A stretch of DNA of 61,567 bases from Candidatus Krumholzibacteriota bacterium (lineage in GTDB: Bacteria > Krumholzibacteriota > Krumholzibacteriia > JAJRXK01). Positions 1-7,506 of the stretch are shown piece after piece (the stretch's first letter is position 1; every line of letters begins with the position of its first letter). Both the position numbers and the translations under genes were made by a program. Where the stretch lies: contig CAVSGG010000014.1 in assembly GCA_963727455.1 (NCBI GenBank), positions 1 through 61,567 on the forward strand, read 5' to 3'. The notes under the pieces are model-generated. The model had not been told where the DNA came from. It made no database searches and saw only the letters and a list, made by a program, of their open reading frames with translations.

Positions 1-81
1 CAAGTAGTCTCGGGCGTGTACTTCTACCAGCTCCGCGCTGGCGCCCTTTTCGAGCGCAAGCGAATGGTGCTCCTGAAGTAG
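1..81 (+). CDS. 3' end of a secreted protein with a FlgD-Ig / T9SS type A-like C-terminal sorting domain (partial)
   Basis: Frame 1 reads QVVSGVYFYQLRAGALFERKRMVLLK*, matching the SGVYFY...KMxLLK tail also seen on the nuclease at 7507. Confidence 0.85.
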   Translation, partial: QVVSGVYFYQLRAGALFERKRMVLLK

Positions 82-250
82 TTACGGAGCCGGATCCTCG
101 CACCAAGGCAGAGACGCAGCTGTAGGAATGCCAAGCGCTTGCGAATCAGTCCGGGGTAGGGTCTTGGCTTTGCCCCCCTCGAGTCCGTATTATATAAGAA
201 GCCCCTGCTCGCTCCTCCGCCTCTCCTTGATCCTACTGGAGGTGCTCGCA

Positions 251-1795
251 ATGAGATCCTCTTTCGCGTCCATTGCACTTTGTTCCCTAGTTCTAGCCTT
301 CGCTTTCACTGGTTGTTCCGACTCGACGTCACCGACCGCTCCAAGTCCTGTCGATGGCGGGGCCGTGTTCGACGGCTCCTTTGACGCAGGTGGCGGTTCT
401 TTCGTGATGCAGAGGATCGAGGAACCACTCCCCGACCATCGTCTGCTTCAGATCGAACTCGTCGGAAGCAATGTCCAGGTCGATCCCCAGCAGGGAACGG
501 TCTCGGTGGATGTCGCCATGCGCAACCTAGGGTCGGATGTTCTCTACGCTCCGGCAACCATCTGGTTGAACCGCTTCGTTCCTCCCGGTGTGGTGCCTAT
601 GAATGCCGACTTCAACGGGAGGGCGGTTGACTCGGTCTCGACCGCTCCCACCCTTGCTATCTATGGCTATGACTACTCCGCACTTCTGGGCGGGGACGGC
701 ATGCTCGCACCGAACGAACTCAGCCAGGTAAAGAGCTGGAAGTTCCTGGATCCCGATTTGCAGTCGTTTTCCTTCAGCGCGCGGGCAGAATTCGGATTGG
801 AACCCGGGCGTCCCGTCATTGCGGGCGTGGTGTTCAGTGACGACAATCGCAACGGAATTCGCGATGACGGAGAGGGTCCGTATCTGGCCGGCGGCGTGGG
901 CATCGAGACGCCCAGTGGAACTCAGCTCGGGGCTCCACTGCAAGCTGACGGAAGCTACCGTGTTCCGGTGACGGAAGCTGGACTCTATAAGGTGCGCTTC
1001 ATCACCATGCTCGCGTGCCCAGCCTGTTGGTGTGAGACGACGGAAGATCCCCTCAATGTGTTCATCTCTCCCGGGCCTGACGGACAGCTGAGTAGCTTCG
1101 AACATGCCGACTTCGGCATCTATCCCGGACCGTGCTCCGATCCACTACCGCAAGCCTACCCCACCGTGCTCACGGAGACTCCGCCGAACGAGATCGAGCA
1201 GGATTCCTACCAGCCAATCTCAGCCAGTCTCGCCGGAAACACTTTCACCATTCGCGTGGGTTACAGCGGCTGCTCGGCGGATCACCCTTTCAAACTGCAG
1301 GTGGGTCGAACTTTCATGAAGTCGAATCCGCCGCAGACTTGGATGTTGCTCCAGCACGATGACCGCGGCGAAGCATGTCTCGCCTATTTCGAGCGGACTC
1401 TCAGCTTCGATCTGCTTCCCATTCAGGACGCTCTCATCGAGGACTTTGGTTCTCCGAGCAAGGTGCTGCTGCGTTTCCGTGATTTCACGGGCGCCGAAAC
1501 GGAATTCACTTACGACCCGGTTTTCATCTTGATGCAGGGAACCGTGACGGGGATCGATGATCAGGTACCGGTCGACGGCGGCGTGGTGATCGATCTCAAG
1601 CTCGACAGCGGGGAATCCTTACAGCTCTACTTCGACTCGCTGTATACTTATCCCCCTCCGCCATCCTGGAGAACCGAGCTGTACCGGGTGATCGCGAGTC
1701 TGGAAGTTGGGAACCACGTGACGGCCAAGGGAATAGTGGCCAAGGCGGGGATTCACCTCGTAGGACTCACGATCGATTCCAGCCAGTCCAGGTAG
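251..1795 (+). CDS. Multidomain lipoprotein with an SdrD B-like module and a possible NigD-like C-terminal region
   Basis: ATG 251 after GGAGG; signal peptide with lipobox FTGC; GVVFSDDNRNGIRDDGE SdrD-B-like motif; CPACWC segment. Confidence 0.6.
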   Translation: MRSSFASIALCSLVLAFAFTGCSDSTSPTAPSPVDGGAVFDGSFDAGGGSFVMQRIEEPLPDHRLLQIELVGSNVQVDPQQGTVSVDVAMRNLGSDVLYAPATIWLNRFVPPGVVPMNADFNGRAVDSVSTAPTLAIYGYDYSALLGGDGMLAPNELSQVKSWKFLDPDLQSFSFSARAEFGLEPGRPVIAGVVFSDDNRNGIRDDGEGPYLAGGVGIETPSGTQLGAPLQADGSYRVPVTEAGLYKVRFITMLACPACWCETTEDPLNVFISPGPDGQLSSFEHADFGIYPGPCSDPLPQAYPTVLTETPPNEIEQDSYQPISASLAGNTFTIRVGYSGCSADHPFKLQVGRTFMKSNPPQTWMLLQHDDRGEACLAYFERTLSFDLLPIQDALIEDFGSPSKVLLRFRDFTGAETEFTYDPVFILMQGTVTGIDDQVPVDGGVVIDLKLDSGESLQLYFDSLYTYPPPPSWRTELYRVIASLEVGNHVTAKGIVAKAGIHLVGLTIDSSQSR

Positions 1796-2079
1796 CTCTT
1801 GCTTCCCTGGACCACGGCAAAGGCCAGAATTTCGGGCTCTTCATAGGGATGAAGGGCCCGGATTTTTTCCTCGAGCTCTTTGTATCGTCCCTCGGTGGTT
1901 TTGATGCTGCAGCGCCATTCCCTCGTCGTTTCCACCTTGCCCTGCCACCAATAGCTGCTCTGAATGGGCCCCTCGACCTGTACGCACGCAGCTAGCCGGC
2001 ATTCCACGAGCTGTTTGGCGATCTTCGTCGCATTCTGTTCATCATCGACTGTCGTAACGACCTGCAAGATACCTCTCAT
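1753..2079 (-). CDS. cutA: Divalent-cation tolerance protein CutA
   Basis: LVECRLAACVQ, S-Y-W-W-x-G-K-V-E and HPYEEPEI motifs; 108 aa. Confidence 0.93.
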   Translation of the reverse strand: MRGILQVVTTVDDEQNATKIAKQLVECRLAACVQVEGPIQSSYWWQGKVETTREWRCSIKTTEGRYKELEEKIRALHPYEEPEILAFAVVQGSKSYLDWLESIVSPTR

Positions 2080-2197
2080 GGCACCCCCTTTCGCGCGATC
2101 CAGCCGAAGGGTAGTTGATACGAGAAACTTCAGCTAGTATGAGGAGTCGTCAGGCACCGGTCGAGTTTCGGGGAACTGACAAAGGACTCCGTTTCCC

Positions 2198-4537
2198 ATG
2201 AACGACGAATTCCGCAGGCTCGTACGCCGCCTACCGTTCACAACAGTTCTCATCCTCAGCCTGCTGACGATCTCCTCGATTGCCGGGGTATTGAGTCGTC
2301 CTCTCAGCTCGGACCAGCTCAGACATTGGGGCTTTGGCTGGGAAGATTTGATCTCCGGACGCGTCTGGCACCTCTTGAGCGCACCCTTCCTGGTGTTGCG
2401 CCCCTACATGGCGCTCAGCATCACCGCCATTCTCTTATTCTTCGTGGGAAGCTGCGAACTACTACTTCGAACCAAGCGGACGATCATGGTGTTCGTAGTC
2501 TCCCATATTCTGGGATACCTCGGCACCTTCGTGTTGCTGCGAGCCTTGGGACGATTGGGGTGGAAAGCCGCCGAAGCCTTGACCGTCCACGGTGACGTCG
2601 GCGCATCGAACGGCGCCTTTGGCGCCATCGGAGCTGTGCTCGTCTTCTTGCCCACGACTCTTCGCACCCTGGGATTCCTGTTGCTAGGAGCCTACTTGGC
2701 CGGCGCCCTTATCGTGGGGAGCCAGGTTTGGGACGTCCAACACATCGTAGCCCTCCTGACGGGAGTTGCTTTTGGAACGCTGTTCCTCAAGCGCGACTCG
2801 AAGAAACAGGAGGGTCGGAGAGTCACCACGGTGGTTCTCCACCGGCAGCGGCCACGTCTGATGTCCTGGTTCGTGGGGGGAATGGGAGTGGTGAACGTCA
2901 TGTCCGCGGCACTGCTTCCCAATCACCCGGGTTTCGAGCGGCTGGAAGGAACCCTCCCCTTGGGTCTGCCCCACGGCCCTCGCATGGTGCTTCTGTTCGG
3001 AGGACTCTTGCAACTCTTGGTAGCCGGATCGCTGCAGCGCGCGCAGCGAGTTGCCTGGTGGCTCGCATTCGTGTTGCTCTTCTTGACGACGATCTTGCAA
3101 CTCATTCTGGGTGTGACGAAGCTGGAGGCTCTCTTCGCGTTCCTCTTCCTGATCCTGCTCGCGGCGTGGAAGGAAGACTTTCCGGCCGCGATCGATCCGC
3201 CCTCCGTGAAAGCCGCGCGCACCCGAAGTCTGGGCGTCTTGCTGGGAGTGCCTTTGGTTTCGTGGGTGAGTTTGCTGGCACTCCGTGGCCTCTACAGCGA
3301 TTTCCATGGTCCCTTGGCGGCCTTGCAGGATGTGTTGCGAAGGCTCGTTTACCTGACGCCGAAACTCGTTCCGCTGGGAAAGCGCGGTGACTGGTTACTG
3401 GAGGCAATTCCGCTCGTGTTTTGGTCAGGAGTTCTCCTCGTACTGGCGCAAACTCTGCGCGCGGTGAGGGCTCCAAGGGCCAATCCGAGCGAGCGGAGCC
3501 GCGCGCGGAAGCTCTCGCTCGCGCATGGCCGAACCGGGACGGATTTCATGACGACCTGGCCCGGCAACTCCTATTTCTTCGGGCCCGGCAATCATTCCTA
3601 CATCGCCTACCGGCTTCATTCGGGAATCGCTTTGGCACTGGGCGACCCAGTCGGTCCCGCCAGCGCCCGGGGAGAGACCCTGAGCGCCTTCATGGATTAT
3701 TGCCGGGAGCGGGGCTGGTCGCCGGCCGTGATCGCGGCGAGTTCGGCGGCGAGCCAGATCTATCAGGAGCGCGGCTTTTTGACCCTGCCAATCGGTGAAG
3801 AGGCTGTCATCGAGCTGGGATCCCTCGTGTTCAAGGGCAAAGAGTGGCAGAACATGCGCACAGCCCTGAATCGGGCCCGGAAGACGGGGCTCGCATTTCA
3901 ACTTGTCGAGGGCGGTCACGTGCCTCCCGAGATCGAGTTACAAATGAGACATATCGAGGAGGACTGGGCAAAGGACCAGGGCTTACCACCCATGGAGTTC
4001 ACCCTGGGCAAAATCGATGACATTCACGACTCCGAGGTCGAAGTCGCCGTCGCCATCGATGCGGAGGGTAAGGTCCATGGCTTCGTGGACTGGCTTCCCG
4101 TGCCGGAGAGGCACGGGTGGGTGCTCGACCTCATGAAGCGCCGTCGTGACGCGATGAATGGGACGATGGAGTACCTGCTGGGCATGTCGCTCATGAGCTT
4201 TCAACAACGTGGAGATCGTCTCGCCAGTCTGGGGACGGCGCCACTGGCCGAACTGAACCGAAACGACGATCAGTCCTTGGTGCCCAGTTTGCTCAGGTTA
4301 CTTTTCGATAGGTTCAGAACTCTCTACGATTTTCAGTCCCTCTTTGCATTCAAGAGTCGCTTTAGTCCGCAATGGGAACCGGTGTATCTCGCATACCTCG
4401 ATCCGGTCGAGCTTCCCACCATTACCCTGGCGGTACTCCGCGCTCATCTTCCCAAGCTGGGGTGGACACAGGCCGCCAAGTTGTTGGGGAGTACGCTGGT
4501 GGAGAGGCTTCAGGGTGAATCGGAAGAAGACTTGTGA
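2198..4537 (+). CDS. Rhomboid-like membrane domain fused to an MprF/aminoacyl-phosphatidylglycerol synthase C-terminal domain (DUF2156)
   Basis: N-terminal TM helices with VGASNG and WDVQH; C-terminal ALGDPVG, IGEEAVI, LDLMKR, SLGTAPLA and FKSRFSPQWEP typical of LPG synthase. Confidence 0.8.
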   Translation: MNDEFRRLVRRLPFTTVLILSLLTISSIAGVLSRPLSSDQLRHWGFGWEDLISGRVWHLLSAPFLVLRPYMALSITAILLFFVGSCELLLRTKRTIMVFVVSHILGYLGTFVLLRALGRLGWKAAEALTVHGDVGASNGAFGAIGAVLVFLPTTLRTLGFLLLGAYLAGALIVGSQVWDVQHIVALLTGVAFGTLFLKRDSKKQEGRRVTTVVLHRQRPRLMSWFVGGMGVVNVMSAALLPNHPGFERLEGTLPLGLPHGPRMVLLFGGLLQLLVAGSLQRAQRVAWWLAFVLLFLTTILQLILGVTKLEALFAFLFLILLAAWKEDFPAAIDPPSVKAARTRSLGVLLGVPLVSWVSLLALRGLYSDFHGPLAALQDVLRRLVYLTPKLVPLGKRGDWLLEAIPLVFWSGVLLVLAQTLRAVRAPRANPSERSRARKLSLAHGRTGTDFMTTWPGNSYFFGPGNHSYIAYRLHSGIALALGDPVGPASARGETLSAFMDYCRERGWSPAVIAASSAASQIYQERGFLTLPIGEEAVIELGSLVFKGKEWQNMRTALNRARKTGLAFQLVEGGHVPPEIELQMRHIEEDWAKDQGLPPMEFTLGKIDDIHDSEVEVAVAIDAEGKVHGFVDWLPVPERHGWVLDLMKRRRDAMNGTMEYLLGMSLMSFQQRGDRLASLGTAPLAELNRNDDQSLVPSLLRLLFDRFRTLYDFQSLFAFKSRFSPQWEPVYLAYLDPVELPTITLAVLRAHLPKLGWTQAAKLLGSTLVERLQGESEEDL

Positions 4538-5232
4538 GCGTGCACGCGAGCGAGCATTGCGTCGGACACCTCGCCTTGATGGCAGATGCCGCAGAATTCA
4601 CGACCGGGAATCACCAGACCAGCCGCCTTGGCCTTCGCGGGGTCCTTCATGACCGAAATCGCCTTGTACTCGCTGCCCGCTCCGTGACAGCTCTCACAGT
4701 CGAGCGGAGGAGTTCGCTCCGCGTGGGCAGTGGTTGACCAGGAGGTGTACTGCAGCTTGTGACACATCTTGCACTTGCTTGCGCCGATAGGGGTGAGGCC
4801 CTCTTTGGTGGCCGTGACCTCGACCACTCCGCCGGGATCGTCGATGCTGCTTGCCGGCGGCTCTTCGCTCTCCGCCGGGGGTGGAGGCGGAGGTGGTGGG
4901 GGAGTCATCTCGGGCTGCGTCTGGGTATTCTTGGGGGTCAGGACTTCGGCCGGAGTCTGGGGCGTCTTTTCAGGTGCCGGCGTCGGCTCGGGGACGGGCG
5001 AGGTGGAAGGGGCGGTCTCTTGGCTCGAGGACTCGGTTTGCGCAATCTGGGAACTTTCCTCCCCGGATTGCGAAGTACTCTCTGGTGCAGCGCTTTCCGC
5101 AGCGGAGGCGGGTTGCTCCTGGACCTGGGCCTGCGAGGGCGGGTTGGACTCTTGCGACTTTTCGCCCTTTCCGCAGCCCGGAAGCAGGAGGGCCGTTGCC
5201 ACGAGCAGTACCGATGCAAACTTCATCTTCAT
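4510..5232 (-). CDS. Multiheme c-type cytochrome lipoprotein (c554-like, 3 CxxCH) with a long Pro/Glu/Ser-rich tether
   Basis: Lipobox LPGC; CKMCH, CESCH and CGICH; low-complexity linker with a poly-Pro run. Confidence 0.8.
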   Translation of the reverse strand: MKMKFASVLLVATALLLPGCGKGEKSQESNPPSQAQVQEQPASAAESAAPESTSQSGEESSQIAQTESSSQETAPSTSPVPEPTPAPEKTPQTPAEVLTPKNTQTQPEMTPPPPPPPPPAESEEPPASSIDDPGGVVEVTATKEGLTPIGASKCKMCHKLQYTSWSTTAHAERTPPLDCESCHGAGSEYKAISVMKDPAKAKAAGLVIPGREFCGICHQGEVSDAMLARVHAHKSSSDSP

Positions 5233-5303
5233 GCTGCGATCCTAGAGCCAAGCGCACTTTCCTGCAACCGGGAACTCGCAAGCGTGAGCCGCGGGATCGT
5301 GGC

Positions 5304-7340
5304 CTATTTCACCACCACACTACCGGTGATGCTGAAGTAGGGATCGGGGCGGGCGGCGACGGCGTCGTCGCCAAAAACCCATTCCGCGTCGGAAGGAATG
5401 CCGGAAACATCCAGGCTTCCGATCGGTAAACGGAACACAGGTAGGGCGCCCACGATTTGCGACAGAAGCTCGGGCAGAGCACACTGCAGGAATCCCGCAT
5501 ACTGCGAAGCCAGCGCTTCGAGATCAGCGCCTTCGGGAGCGGAGACGATCTGCACCTCGATCTGCGGATTCTCCTCGGGCGTGAGCACGAGTTTGCCGGA
5601 ATCGGTGTCGAAACTCAGGTTCGCGCCGATGATGCCCGAAGCATACAGGGTGACGTTCGAGCTCGCGGGAATACTCTTCGAGGAGGTAGCTGGCAACGGA
5701 TAGGTGGCCTCCAGATAGACGTCACCGAGCCCGATGTCGAGCTGGTGTCCATCCGTGCCCGGCATGACGACCGGGGGCAGTTTCGCGGACATACTGACTG
5801 ATGCTCCGTTCGGCGCGTCGCACCCGGCCGCCGAAATTTGGTCGAGCTCGAGAGCACCCCCGCTCCATGCGGCCCACAGGAACTGGTTGATCAAATCGTC
5901 CTTGAGTCCCACTCCCAGAGCGTAGCCGGTGGCACTGAAGCTTGGGGGAGAACCGTCACGACGAATCGACCCGTAGCCGTTCCCCATGACGGGATGGGCC
6001 GGCGTGACCGCAACGGAAAGATCCGCCAGGAGATATCCGTTGGGCTTGCTTCCTCCCAACTGAATCTGATCAAAGGTGGAATCGAGGTTTAGCACCGTGT
6101 TCATCGGGGCCGGGAGGGTGACAGTTGCCTCTGGTCTGAGTGAATCTATGATCTGCTGCAGAGCAAACCTGAGGGTGGCGCTCAGTTCGGTTTCGACGGC
6201 GTTCTCCAGTTGTGATTCGAAGATCCCGAGAATCGTAGTGGCCAGATCCGAAAGATGAAAAAATGGATCCAGAAATTCCAGAGCGCCAAAGTCGATGTCG
6301 AGGTAAGGATTGATCGTATCGACAGACAGACAGCTGCTACATATGTCGACTTGCGGAAGGCCATTGGCCCCCACGGTTACACTCAAGGTGGCGGTGATAT
6401 CCAAGCGGTCCATCCCCAAAGTGCCCGAGGCAGACGCAATCGTCTGGCTGCGGATGGTGCAGGCTACCGCACAGCTCGGGTCGAGATAGCCGGTCACCGT
6501 GACCGGAAGGACAGGATGGTCGAGCGAGGCGCTGATGGTCAACCCGGCATCCGAAAGTCGGGCGTAGTTGATCGTCCATCCCCCGGTGGAGAGGGTTCCA
6601 CGAGTTACGCGGTAGCCCGTCTTGTAGATCGTGATGTCAGGAATGGGAGGGAAACAGTCGCAGGTGTGGCGGTCGACTTGCCCGTCTGAGTTGGCGTCCG
6701 GCTGGACCAGTAGAGTATGAGGGACCACGGAATTCAGAACGATCGAGTTCAACTTGACCTGAAACAGAGTGGCCATGTCATCTGGATCCCTGCGATCGTT
6801 ATCGTCGACGAGCGCTTGGTTCAGATTCATACGGATACCGGTGGGAACGCTCTCGCTCGCCGCTTTCCCGCCTGAAGTTTTTACACCTTTGGCCGAGGCC
6901 CCGAAGAACTGCGGACTGCGAAGGTAAGATTGCACCAGATTGGTTGAGGCTCCCGCCTGATTCTGCGCAAGTGCCGTGATGAGGTTGAGTCCCCATTGAC
7001 TGGTCAATTCGCTGCTGAAGTCCAGACAGGGCGCCGCACCGCTCAGGGATACCGCCTGCCCATCGACGCTGAGACTGGTGACCACACTCGCCGTATCGCA
7101 TGCGGTGCCATTGGCGGTGATCTGCATGGGATCGAAAGTCCCCAATTGCAGGACTCCTCCCCGAGGCGGATTTGCGATCTCGAGCGTCGAAGTGGAGGGA
7201 GGTGGAGGCGATGGCGGGGAAGTCGGACTGTTACTGGAACAGCTTCCCAATGTGAGGAGAAAAGCGGTGAGCGCGAGTTGCAGGAGTCGGCGGGGGAAGG
7301 ACGGCTGCGGCATTCGCCTGCGCGCGAATAGATGTTTCAT
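5304..7340 (-). CDS. Large lipoprotein; Ig-like N-terminus plus a possible LBP/BPI (TULIP)-like lipid-binding domain
   Basis: Lipobox LGSC; Pro/Ser linker; LGVGLKDDLINQFLWAAWSGGAL resembles BPI-fold segments; start could also be 7313. Confidence 0.5.
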   Translation of the reverse strand: MKHLFARRRMPQPSFPRRLLQLALTAFLLTLGSCSSNSPTSPPSPPPPSTSTLEIANPPRGGVLQLGTFDPMQITANGTACDTASVVTSLSVDGQAVSLSGAAPCLDFSSELTSQWGLNLITALAQNQAGASTNLVQSYLRSPQFFGASAKGVKTSGGKAASESVPTGIRMNLNQALVDDNDRRDPDDMATLFQVKLNSIVLNSVVPHTLLVQPDANSDGQVDRHTCDCFPPIPDITIYKTGYRVTRGTLSTGGWTINYARLSDAGLTISASLDHPVLPVTVTGYLDPSCAVACTIRSQTIASASGTLGMDRLDITATLSVTVGANGLPQVDICSSCLSVDTINPYLDIDFGALEFLDPFFHLSDLATTILGIFESQLENAVETELSATLRFALQQIIDSLRPEATVTLPAPMNTVLNLDSTFDQIQLGGSKPNGYLLADLSVAVTPAHPVMGNGYGSIRRDGSPPSFSATGYALGVGLKDDLINQFLWAAWSGGALELDQISAAGCDAPNGASVSMSAKLPPVVMPGTDGHQLDIGLGDVYLEATYPLPATSSKSIPASSNVTLYASGIIGANLSFDTDSGKLVLTPEENPQIEVQIVSAPEGADLEALASQYAGFLQCALPELLSQIVGALPVFRLPIGSLDVSGIPSDAEWVFGDDAVAARPDPYFSITGSVVVK

Positions 7341-7506
7341 GCAACAAGTTTACTCTTCGCATTTCTCGACGGTCAATCGAGTTGGAAAAATTGAATGAGA
7401 GTAATCGACTGAGAACTCGCATTCGAAGGAGTGAGGAGTTCAGCTCCTAGTAGTCAGAATCAGATGAGAAGGACTCCAGCATTCATCGCAATGCTCCCGT
7501 TCAGTT

